From NCBI GenBank assembly GCA_944322785.1, contig CALUPW010000009.1, positions 18,497 to 82,496 of the forward strand: 64,000 nt of DNA, written 5' to 3'. Positions within the stretch are counted from its first letter, which is position 1. Each line of letters begins with the position of its first letter. A program made the position numbers and the translations under genes. Source of the DNA: Candidatus Gastranaerophilales bacterium. GTDB lineage: Bacteria > Cyanobacteriota > Vampirovibrionia > Gastranaerophilales > Gastranaerophilaceae. This document shows positions 17,654 to 25,928 of the stretch, in pieces. Below the pieces are notes generated by a model that was not told the origin of the DNA, ran no database searches, and saw nothing but the letters and a program-made list of their open reading frames with translations.

Positions 17654-18604
17654 TTATTCGTCTTGCTGTGCAGCTGCTTGCTTTTTGGCAGCGGCATCTT
17701 TTGCGTAATTTTCTGCATCTTCTTCTGATGAGAATTGTTTAATTTGACCGTTTTCTTTTAAAGGTTCTCCGTTAATTGTAGCAACCCAGTATCCGCCATA
17801 TTGTTTTGCTGTGCCTTCATATACCTGATGTTCTTTAAGACTGTATTCGGATTTTATTTTTTCATCAGGACGCTCGTTTTCTGCTCTGATACTGTATGTT
17901 TTACCGTTGTCTAGCGTAATTGTATTTTTAAGTTCTATATTACCGGGTGCTATAGCTTTGCCGCCAAAAATTTCCTTGACAATTGCCATAATTTCATCGT
18001 GGCTTAATTCTTCGCCATTCGGCCCTTTATACATATATTTGACAATACCATAGCCTGTTTCGCCCTTATACTGTCCATTACCAAGATATTCAGACTTGTC
18101 AATGGTATAAGTAGTTGTTTCTTCAGTTTTTACTTCTTCAGCGTCCGGATTATATATTTGACCTGACAGCTCTTTCATTTTTTGAATTTCGTCATTTTTT
18201 TGTTTAAGTAGCTGAGCCTTTAAATCAGCATTTTTTTCTCTGAGTTCTTTAATTTGTTCTTCTAATGCTTCATTAGCTTCTTTTTGCGCCTGAATTTCAG
18301 CTTTACCGTCATCAGATGCCGGAGGTGTTCCTTCAATTTTTTCCTGACCGCCTGTGAAAGCACCTAAAATAGCGCCGCCGATTGCGCCGATTCCGCCCAG
18401 TGCGAGCATCCACTTTTCACCTTTAGTCAGCCCGGGATCATAGTAACCATAGTTTCCGTACATCCCGTAATTCATCATAGGAAACATCGCACCACCATAG
18501 TTGTTATGCACTTCTTTATGGTAGATATTGATTGAACCGCCGCCCTGGTATCTTGACCATTGCCCCGGTCTGAATGGTTGTCTTCCTATCGGATGTCCAC
18601 CCAT
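17654..18604 (-). CDS. Gly/Tyr-rich, single-pass glycine-zipper coiled-coil protein
   Basis: MFPMMNYGMYGNYGYYDPG, then GEKWMLALGGIGAIGGAILGAFTG, then coiled coil and a ~170-aa C-terminal domain. SD AAAGGAGAG. Confidence 0.75.
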   Translation of the reverse strand: MGGHPIGRQPFRPGQWSRYQGGGSINIYHKEVHNNYGGAMFPMMNYGMYGNYGYYDPGLTKGEKWMLALGGIGAIGGAILGAFTGGQEKIEGTPPASDDGKAEIQAQKEANEALEEQIKELREKNADLKAQLLKQKNDEIQKMKELSGQIYNPDAEEVKTEETTTYTIDKSEYLGNGQYKGETGYGIVKYMYKGPNGEELSHDEIMAIVKEIFGGKAIAPGNIELKNTITLDNGKTYSIRAENERPDEKIKSEYSLKEHQVYEGTAKQYGGYWVATINGEPLKENGQIKQFSSEEDAENYAKDAAAKKQAAAQQDE

Positions 18605-18626
18605 GGTACTCTCCTTTATCTAACTT

Positions 18627-18665
18627 CTTATATATATAAAGTATATAAAATATTATATATTGCTT
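18627..18665 (-). promoter_or_regulatory. Promoter AAGCAA - N16 - TACTTT followed by ATATATATA
   Basis: Coding-strand reading AAGCAAtatataatattttataTACTTTATATATATAAG. Member of the shared promoter family. Confidence 0.5.
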
Positions 18666-18759
18666 GATATTGAAATAATATTTACAATACTTAATATTTA
18701 AAGAAGCTATATAAAATATATATGCCCAAAAAGTTGTATATTTTTTCGTTTGCGCTTTG

Positions 18760-21153
18760 TTAAATGTCTAAACCCGAAAATAATTGTAAACTTGAGGCGC
18801 TGTTAAGAGACGGATAGTCTTCAATATTGTAATTGTTGATAAAATTTATTGCTTCATATCGTGCTTTTTCAAGGATTTCCGCATCGCGGACAATATCCGA
18901 AATAATCAAATCAGGTAATCCGCTCTGACGTGTTCCTAGAAATTCACCGGGGCCGCGGAGCTGTAAATCCTTTTCCGCAATAACAAAGCCGTCGTTTGTT
19001 TGAGTCATAATTCCGAGGCGTTCGCGGGTTTCCTGAGAACGTGAGGAGCTTACAAGAACACAGTATGATTGAAGACTGTTTCTGCCGACGCGTCCTCTCA
19101 ACTGGTGAAGCTGGCTCAGTCCGAAGCGTTCGGCATTTTCAATTACCATAACCGTTGCGTTAGGAACATCAACTCCGACTTCAACAACGGTTGTTGCAAC
19201 CAGAATATCGTATTGTTTGTTTTTAAAGTCAGCCATAACCTGTTCTTTTTCGTCATTTTTAAGTTTTCCATGCAAAAGACCTATTTTAAATTGAGGGAAA
19301 ACTTCATTTTGTAATTTTTCGGCTTCAATAGTTGCGGCTTTTGCTGACAAGGTTTCGCTCTCCTCAATCAGCGGATAAACAACGTACGCTTGCCTGCCTG
19401 TTTCAACTTCCCGTTTTATCAAATCATAAACACTTTTATGAGATGATGTAAGATAAGTTTTTATAGGCAGCCTGCCTTTGGGCATTTCATCAATTATTGT
19501 CAAATCAAGATCACCATGGACTGTAAGTGCAAGTGTTCTTGGAATAGGAGTTGCAGTCATTGTAAGAATTTGCGGATTTTGAGATTTCTTTTTCAAAACA
19601 TTTCTCTGTTTAACTCCGAATCTGTGCTGTTCATCAACAACGATTGCGCCGAGGTTGTAAAAGTCTGTTGTATCTTGAATTAATGCATGTGTGCCGACTG
19701 CAATATTTGTCTGTCCGTTGCGCAAATCAGTTTGAAATTTTTCACGCACCTTTTTGCTCTGGCTTCCGAGAAACAGTCCGACACTCAATCCTAAAGGCGT
19801 AAGCCAGTTTACCAGATTGTTATAGTGCTGCTGAGCAAGAATTTCTGTCGGAGCCATAATTGCTCCCTGATATCCGTTTTCGACTCCTGCTAGAAGCATA
19901 ATGCATGCAACTACTGTTTTTCCGCTACCGACATCCCCCTGAAGAAGGCGTGCCATTGGTTTGTCGGAATTTAAATCATTAAGAATTTCATTCACCGCAC
20001 GTTTTTGCCCGCCGGTAAGCTCAAACGGCAGACTGTCAATGAATTTTTGAACCAGCCCATCAGGTTTTATTGTAAGTGCAAGTGCGGAATGTTTATTATT
20101 TTCATTTCTCAGCCGTACCATTTTAAGCTGGATAATGAAAAGTTCTTCAAATATGAGGCTGAATCGTGCCTGCTCTAAAAGCTCCTGATTTTCAGGAAAA
20201 TGTATCTGCTCAATTGCTGTTTTTTTATCAAGAAGATTGTATTTCTTTTTCAGATAATCAGGGAGAATATCTTTGATAGAGTCTTTGTAGAGTTGAATTG
20301 CATTAAATATTGCTTTTCGGAGAGTTTTAACATTCAGATTTTCGCAGACTGTATAAATCGGAACAATTCGAGCAAGGTTAAGATTAGAATTGCTGTTTTC
20401 AAGAAATTCGCCTGTCATAATTGAGTATGAAGGCTTGTCAAAAGTCAATTTTTTATCATAATTGTTGAGTTTTACGGTTCCGGATACCATAATTCCTGCA
20501 TTAACCGGAAACTGAGCTTTGGTTCGTTCAAGCGTAAAGCGGTTGCCTTTCGCCTGAAAAAATCCGAGTTCTATAAATCCGCTTTCGTCGGCAATTTTGA
20601 CTTTTACAACAGAAAGATTGTTTTTGGAATTAAAAGCGGAAACCGATTTTATGTATCCGAAAACGGTTGTTGACTGGCCTTCCTGCAAATCCTTAATTAA
20701 AGTCCGGCTTGAATAGTCAATATGTTTTCTCGGAAGATAAAAAATCAAATCCTGCGCTGTGTAAATTCCAAGTTTATTAAGCTGATATGCGACTTTCGGC
20801 CCGACGCCTTTTATGTATGTAACATCGGTTTCGGAAGGACTTTTTAAAGGTGCTTTTGCTAAAGTGTTCTCAACATTTTGAGGTTCTTCTTCTTCTTTTT
20901 TTATTTCCGATTTAATTACTTTAACCAGATGTTCAATAGAGCGGCGTCTTTCCGGAACTGATGCATAGGGATAATGTTCGAATGTTTCTGCAATAACAGC
21001 CCATTTTGGATTTTTTTTTGAAATTTTGTAGTATTTTTTAGCTTCGGAAATTATGAATTTTGAAAAACACTGTGTTTTCCCGTGAATATCAATGTATCTG
21101 TGTTTTACCTCAACATCAATTGCCCGTTTAAGTTTTTCCGCATCCTCAATCAT
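18760..21153 (-). CDS. recG: ATP-dependent DNA helicase RecG (with ~100-aa N-terminal extension)
   Basis: GVGPKVAYQLNKLGIYTAQDLIFYLPRKHIDYS, Walker A GDVGSGKT, DEQHRFGV, QLRGRVGR and the C-terminal TRG-type motif LRGPGEFLGTRQSG. Confidence 0.9.
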   Translation of the reverse strand: MIEDAEKLKRAIDVEVKHRYIDIHGKTQCFSKFIISEAKKYYKISKKNPKWAVIAETFEHYPYASVPERRRSIEHLVKVIKSEIKKEEEEPQNVENTLAKAPLKSPSETDVTYIKGVGPKVAYQLNKLGIYTAQDLIFYLPRKHIDYSSRTLIKDLQEGQSTTVFGYIKSVSAFNSKNNLSVVKVKIADESGFIELGFFQAKGNRFTLERTKAQFPVNAGIMVSGTVKLNNYDKKLTFDKPSYSIMTGEFLENSNSNLNLARIVPIYTVCENLNVKTLRKAIFNAIQLYKDSIKDILPDYLKKKYNLLDKKTAIEQIHFPENQELLEQARFSLIFEELFIIQLKMVRLRNENNKHSALALTIKPDGLVQKFIDSLPFELTGGQKRAVNEILNDLNSDKPMARLLQGDVGSGKTVVACIMLLAGVENGYQGAIMAPTEILAQQHYNNLVNWLTPLGLSVGLFLGSQSKKVREKFQTDLRNGQTNIAVGTHALIQDTTDFYNLGAIVVDEQHRFGVKQRNVLKKKSQNPQILTMTATPIPRTLALTVHGDLDLTIIDEMPKGRLPIKTYLTSSHKSVYDLIKREVETGRQAYVVYPLIEESETLSAKAATIEAEKLQNEVFPQFKIGLLHGKLKNDEKEQVMADFKNKQYDILVATTVVEVGVDVPNATVMVIENAERFGLSQLHQLRGRVGRNSLQSYCVLVSSSRSQETRERLGIMTQTNDGFVIAEKDLQLRGPGEFLGTRQSGLPDLIISDIVRDAEILEKARYEAINFINNYNIEDYPSLNSASSLQLFSGLDI

Positions 21154-21159
21154 AATCTG

Positions 21160-21168
21160 ATTGTATCA
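21160..21168 (-). promoter_or_regulatory. Extended -10 box TGATACAAT 6 nt upstream of the recG ATG (leaderless candidate)
   Basis: Minus-strand reading TGATACAATcagattATG, with no SD. Confidence 0.4.
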
Positions 21169-21189
21169 TAAAAAGCTTATTACAGCTTT

Positions 21190-21354
21190 TTACTTAGGCA
21201 GACATTCCCAGTATGATTTTCCTTTGCCGTCCGGACATTCGTTCATTAATGCATAGTAAGAACAGCCGATGCCGTTTCCTGCGGTGTTGTATTTAATTGA
21301 ACAGGGGTTTTTATTGGTTTCATAATACTCATTGTTATTTAAAAATTTAGAAAT
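21190..21354 (-). other. 54-codon open frame with no canonical start, in frame immediately after the cyclase TAA; encodes a 4-Cys peptide
   Basis: Translation is ISKFLNNNEYYETNKNPCSIKYNTAGNGIGCSYYALMNECPDGKGKSYWECLPK*. The only ATG gives MNECPDGKGKSYWECLPK. A short hairpin follows (aaagct/agcttt). Confidence 0.25.
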
Positions 21355-23304
21355 TTAACTGAGTCGCAAAACCTCATAAATATCCATCTTTTTGGCTTTA
21401 CCCCTGATTGTAACTTCACTTATTTTGATAACGTCTGCAATATTACTTACATACGAATATGTGGAACTGCTTATTAAAAAGTTCGTTCTGTAAACTTTGT
21501 TGTAACTTTCAATGCGGCTTGCAAGGTTTACAGTGTCACCGATTACCGTGTATTCAAGCCGTTTTTCGGAGCCTATGTTCCCGACAAAAGCGTCGCCTGT
21601 ATTAATTCCGATGCCGATTTCTATTTTGGGCTTGCCTTCAAAAATCCATTTGTCCTGAAGTTCTTCAACCTTTTTAAGCATTTCGTATGCGCATTTGACT
21701 GCATTTACAGGATGGTTTAAATCTTGAATCGGCTCGCCGAATATCGCCATTACCGCATCTCCGATAAATTTGTTTATTACACCGTTATACTTTGAGATAA
21801 TAGGTTCAATTTCCGTAAAATATTCATTCAAAATCATGGAAACTTCCTCGGCAGTCATCTTTTCGCTCATACTTGTAAAACCTCTTATATCTGCAAATAA
21901 GACGGTTACATTTGCTCTTTTTCCGCCGAGTTTGATGTCGTCAATATTTTTTACGACACTTTTCATTATGTCCTGAGAAAGATATTTCCCCATTGCCTGT
22001 TTGATTTTTTCTTTGTTCTTGCCCTCAATTATAAACCGGTAGGAATATGCGAATATCATCGTGATTAACTGAATTGCAGGAGGTGTTATTACATTAATCC
22101 CGAAGTTGTTTTTGTAACAGAACGCAGCTATCACAAAATATCCGACAGCTGTAGCTGCAAGAATGAAAATTGATTTAAAAAACGACAGACGGCTGATTAT
22201 AACAAAGGTAAAAATACTCAACAATGCAATAATCAATACATCAAGCCCTAATGGTGAAAGTTTCATGATGTGGTTGTTAAGCATGTTGTTAAGATTAAGC
22301 GCCTGAATATCAACCCCCGGATGTTCCGGCAGCATAGGTGACGGAAGCGCATCTATAACTTTAATTGCGGCAGCCTTTGCATTTGCACCCACAAATACTA
22401 TTTTATTGTTAAATTCTTCGGGATTTATTACCGGTGGTTTGCCTGATTTAATGTTTTCGAGTGACTCTATTAAATCAATTGCGGAATATTTTTTGTGTGA
22501 ATACGAGGTGTTCGGACGTATTTTATAGAACTTTAAGTAATTTTGAATGCCGTTATATGTTGTAAAAGATGGTATTCTTAAACCTGTTTTGTCAATAACT
22601 ATGCTGTCATCATAAATCGTCAGCTTATCTGTATCATTTAAAAGCATGTACATTCTCATAGCAAGAGATGGATAATATTTACCATCTAGCGAAATAATTT
22701 GATCTGCTGTGATAAGAGTACCGTTTGCAGCAGAACGGGTAGAGTTTACGGAACCGGCATATTGTACGGCATCAAAATATTCAGACGGGTACATTGAAAA
22801 ACTCTGATATTTTGACGGATATACAATTTTTCGTTTGTCCTGAATATTTACTTTGAATTTATCGTAGAAATTTTTTGAATAAATTTGACCGGTCTTTTCG
22901 TCAGGGAATTTGTCGTCAATCATGCTGAAGCCGACAACGAGATTGTTTATATGTCTTACAGTATTGAAAAAAACATTATCAGAGTCAGGATTTTCATGGT
23001 CGAGATTTGCAACAATCGCATCAAAACCAATCAGTTTTGGATTTGAATAATTGTTCAGATAGTCGAAAATTTTCCCGTACAGTTCACGTTTCCACGGCCA
23101 TCTGTACTTTGCAACAGATTTGTCGTCAATAACAACTACCACAACATCTTCGGGGGCATGCTCATACGCAGTAAAGTTTTTCACCATAAAATTGTATGCA
23201 TTAGGTTCAAAAATCTGCCATGACACAAGAATTAAAACGCATGAAAGAATTATATAAAAAATAAACGAATATATAAAAAATGCCTTTGATTTTAACTTTT
23301 TCAT
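21355..23304 (-). CDS. CHASE2 sensor domain-containing class III adenylate/guanylate cyclase
   Basis: N-terminal TM helix, then an extracytoplasmic CHASE2-like region (VVVVVIDDKSVAKYRWPWKRELY), a TM cluster, and a cyclase domain (VTVLFADIRGFTSMSE, FIGDAVMAIFG, GINTGDAFVGNIGS, YTVIGDTVNLASRIES). Confidence 0.85.
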   Translation of the reverse strand: MKKLKSKAFFIYSFIFYIILSCVLILVSWQIFEPNAYNFMVKNFTAYEHAPEDVVVVVIDDKSVAKYRWPWKRELYGKIFDYLNNYSNPKLIGFDAIVANLDHENPDSDNVFFNTVRHINNLVVGFSMIDDKFPDEKTGQIYSKNFYDKFKVNIQDKRKIVYPSKYQSFSMYPSEYFDAVQYAGSVNSTRSAANGTLITADQIISLDGKYYPSLAMRMYMLLNDTDKLTIYDDSIVIDKTGLRIPSFTTYNGIQNYLKFYKIRPNTSYSHKKYSAIDLIESLENIKSGKPPVINPEEFNNKIVFVGANAKAAAIKVIDALPSPMLPEHPGVDIQALNLNNMLNNHIMKLSPLGLDVLIIALLSIFTFVIISRLSFFKSIFILAATAVGYFVIAAFCYKNNFGINVITPPAIQLITMIFAYSYRFIIEGKNKEKIKQAMGKYLSQDIMKSVVKNIDDIKLGGKRANVTVLFADIRGFTSMSEKMTAEEVSMILNEYFTEIEPIISKYNGVINKFIGDAVMAIFGEPIQDLNHPVNAVKCAYEMLKKVEELQDKWIFEGKPKIEIGIGINTGDAFVGNIGSEKRLEYTVIGDTVNLASRIESYNKVYRTNFLISSSTYSYVSNIADVIKISEVTIRGKAKKMDIYEVLRLS

Positions 23305-23352
23305 ACCCCTCCTTATTTTATGATATAATAAATTTTGAAAAAAGGATAGATT

Positions 23353-23961
23353 ATGAACGAAAATTTAGTTGAATTATTATCAAAAGAAAAATTATTTCCC
23401 ATAATACGGGGGAATGACATAAATATTGTACGAGATACTGCAAATGCATTGATAGACGGCGGCGTGAAATTTATTGAGATAAATGTTGTTAACCCCGGTA
23501 TTTACTATGTAATTGAAGAAATTTCCAAACATGCAACGGTTTGTGCGGGCGGCATAATAACGGCTTTGCAGGCAGAAACTGCGCTAAAAGCAGGAGCAAA
23601 GGTCTTTTCTTCTCCAATAAATCAAATGCATCTTGTGAAATTTTCAAAAGATAAAAGGATTCCTTTTCTAGCCGGTGCCTCTACTGCAAATGAAGCCTAT
23701 TCGGCATGGAAAGCCAGAGTTCAGCTTATTAAAATATTTCCGATTACAGCGATGGGCGGGGTTTCTTATCTTGAAAATCTTTTAAGACCCATGCCGTTTT
23801 TAAATCTTGTGCCAACAGGAGCCGCAAAATTATCGGAAGTGAAAGATTACATAAAAGCCGGTGCAGTTGCGGTTGGAGTCGGTCGGGATTTACTTGAGGG
23901 GTATTCGTATTCTGAAATTACCAAAAGAGTAAAATCAGCTCTTGATGAACTAAGGGATTAA
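23353..23961 (+). CDS. eda: KDPG / 4-hydroxy-2-oxoglutarate aldolase family protein
   Basis: LFPIIRG, GGVKFIEINV and LIKIFPI (Schiff-base Lys context). 202 aa. Confidence 0.7.
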   Translation: MNENLVELLSKEKLFPIIRGNDINIVRDTANALIDGGVKFIEINVVNPGIYYVIEEISKHATVCAGGIITALQAETALKAGAKVFSSPINQMHLVKFSKDKRIPFLAGASTANEAYSAWKARVQLIKIFPITAMGGVSYLENLLRPMPFLNLVPTGAAKLSEVKDYIKAGAVAVGVGRDLLEGYSYSEITKRVKSALDELRD

Positions 23962-23962
23962 T

Positions 23963-24913
23963 ATGGAAAAAAAGCTTGATATTATTACAATTGGTGAAAG
24001 CCTTATTGAACTGTCAACTGATGAACATTTAAAAAGTGCGGAAAATTTAAAAAAATTCTACGGAGGGGATGCTCTTGCGACAGCGGTTGCGGCCTCACGT
24101 ATGGGATCCGAAGTCGGGTTTATCACCCGTGTCGGAGATGATGTTTTTAAAGATTATCTTTTAAGCAGCTGGCAAAATGAACACCTTGATACCTCTCAGG
24201 TTAAAATAGCGCAAGAGCAGAACGGAGTTTATTTTATATCTCGCCCTAAAGGCTGTGGAAAAGAATTTGCATACTACAGAAAAAGAATCGCTCCATCAAA
24301 ACTTTCACTTGAAGATATTTCTGAAGATTATATAGCAAATTCAAAAGCCGTTTATGCATCAGGAGTTACCCAGTCGCTTTCTTTATCCGCTAAAGAAGCT
24401 GTTATTAAAGCATTCAAAGATGCAAAAAATAGCGGTGTGATTACTGCTTATGACCCTAATTATTCTTCTTTAATAACAACACCTGAAACGGCAAGAGATG
24501 ATTTTAACAAAGTTATCTCAGATATTGATATTTTATTTATGAGTGCAAAGTATGATACCGTAAATATTCTTGAAATAAATTCCGTTGAAAATATAATGAA
24601 AAAAATCTGGGATATGGGCGTTGGTACAATTGTTATAAAATCTTCTCCAAACGGAGGGTATTACACTGGATATAACGGAAATATTATATTTACGGAATTT
24701 TATACACATGATGTTATTGATACAACATGTTCCGGAGATGCTTTTAACGGCGGTTTTTTGCATGCGGTCACGCATGGTCTGACTCCTTTTGAAGCCTCAA
24801 AATTCGCCTCTATTGTAGCAGGACTTCAAGCTAAAGGCATAGGTGCAATAAAATCAATTCCTTACAAAGATGAAGTTTATGAAATTTTTGAAAGAGGCGG
24901 TTTTAATGGCTAA
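23963..24913 (+). CDS. kdgK: PfkB-family sugar kinase, probable 2-dehydro-3-deoxygluconokinase
   Basis: GGDALATAV and DTTCSGDAFNGGFLHAV (PfkB signature 2). Starts 1 nt after the eda stop. Confidence 0.7.
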   Translation: MEKKLDIITIGESLIELSTDEHLKSAENLKKFYGGDALATAVAASRMGSEVGFITRVGDDVFKDYLLSSWQNEHLDTSQVKIAQEQNGVYFISRPKGCGKEFAYYRKRIAPSKLSLEDISEDYIANSKAVYASGVTQSLSLSAKEAVIKAFKDAKNSGVITAYDPNYSSLITTPETARDDFNKVISDIDILFMSAKYDTVNILEINSVENIMKKIWDMGVGTIVIKSSPNGGYYTGYNGNIIFTEFYTHDVIDTTCSGDAFNGGFLHAVTHGLTPFEASKFASIVAGLQAKGIGAIKSIPYKDEVYEIFERGGFNG

Positions 24914-25928
24914 AAAAGTTGTTATTTCGGGCTATTACGGATTTGACAACTTTGGCGATGACGCAATTTTATCTGTTCTATGCGCAAAATTAAAAACTTT
25001 CAATTCGGATATAACAATAATTTCAGCAAACCCTGAAAAAACAGCTAATGAATATAATGTTAATTCAGTTAAAAATTTTGATATAAAAAAAGTCTTAAAA
25101 TCCGTTAAAAATACTGATATTCTAATATCCGGAGGCGGAAGCCTACTTCAGGATGTCACAAGTTTAAAGAGCCTTTTGTATTATGCATTTGTAATAGGAG
25201 CGGGAGTATTTTTTAAAAAAGATGTTGTTATATTTGCTCAGGGCATTGGACCTTTAAATAAAAAGATTTCTCAGGCAATTGTAAAATTTCTTTTAAAGCG
25301 TGTCAAAACGGTAATAGTTAGAGATGAAAAAAGTTTGGAGCTTGTTAAAAGCTGGGGCATTGACGGTCTATTGGTTAATGATCCGGTTTTTTCAATAGAA
25401 ATACCGGATGTCCCGAAAAATTTTGCATTAGGTGTGCAACTGCGTGATTTTATAACAATGAATGATGATTTTCTAAATTCTCTTGCAGAAAATGTTCTAA
25501 AATTTTTTCCGGATAAAAAAATAGAACTTTTCGTATTTCAAAAATCTCTTGATGAAGATATCAGCATACGTTTTATTGAAATTTTAAAATCTAAAAATAA
25601 GGATGTTGATACAAAAATCATCTATTATAAAACAAGAAGTGAGACATTTAAACGTATTGCCCAATTAGAATATATGATTGCAATGCGATTTCATGCTGTT
25701 ATTGCAGCTATAAAGGCAGGAATAAAAACTTCTGCGATAAATTATGATATTAAAGTTGAAAAACTTGCAGATGAGGCTGCTATCCCTCTTATTTCATTAA
25801 AATCTGAGAAGAATGATTATCAAAATATTTTTATAAAGCAAAAATCGCTCAACTCTGCCACGTTAAGCGATTTCTCCAATTCCAAACCTTTTGACTGGTC
25901 TGAAATTGATAAATTATTTACCGAATAA
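24906..25928 (+). CDS. csaB: Polysaccharide pyruvyl transferase CsaB
   Basis: ORF-track start is 24870. The ATG at 24906 gives MAKKVVISGYYGFDNFGDDAIL, a typical CsaB N-terminus. It overlaps the kdgK stop (ATGGCTAA). Also ISGGGSLLQDVTS and MRFHAVI. Confidence 0.75.
   Translation: MAKKVVISGYYGFDNFGDDAILSVLCAKLKTFNSDITIISANPEKTANEYNVNSVKNFDIKKVLKSVKNTDILISGGGSLLQDVTSLKSLLYYAFVIGAGVFFKKDVVIFAQGIGPLNKKISQAIVKFLLKRVKTVIVRDEKSLELVKSWGIDGLLVNDPVFSIEIPDVPKNFALGVQLRDFITMNDDFLNSLAENVLKFFPDKKIELFVFQKSLDEDISIRFIEILKSKNKDVDTKIIYYKTRSETFKRIAQLEYMIAMRFHAVIAAIKAGIKTSAINYDIKVEKLADEAAIPLISLKSEKNDYQNIFIKQKSLNSATLSDFSNSKPFDWSEIDKLFTE

Noticed and set aside
21355-21357. Stop-codon reassignment or alternative genetic code, prompted by the in-frame continuation after TAA
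   Set aside because: TAA terminates well-conserved genes at the expected positions here (for example rpsL, serS and icd). TAG is likewise used as a stop (5869..6069, the glutaredoxin gene). I did not specifically check TGA use. Proteins have normal lengths under the standard code.
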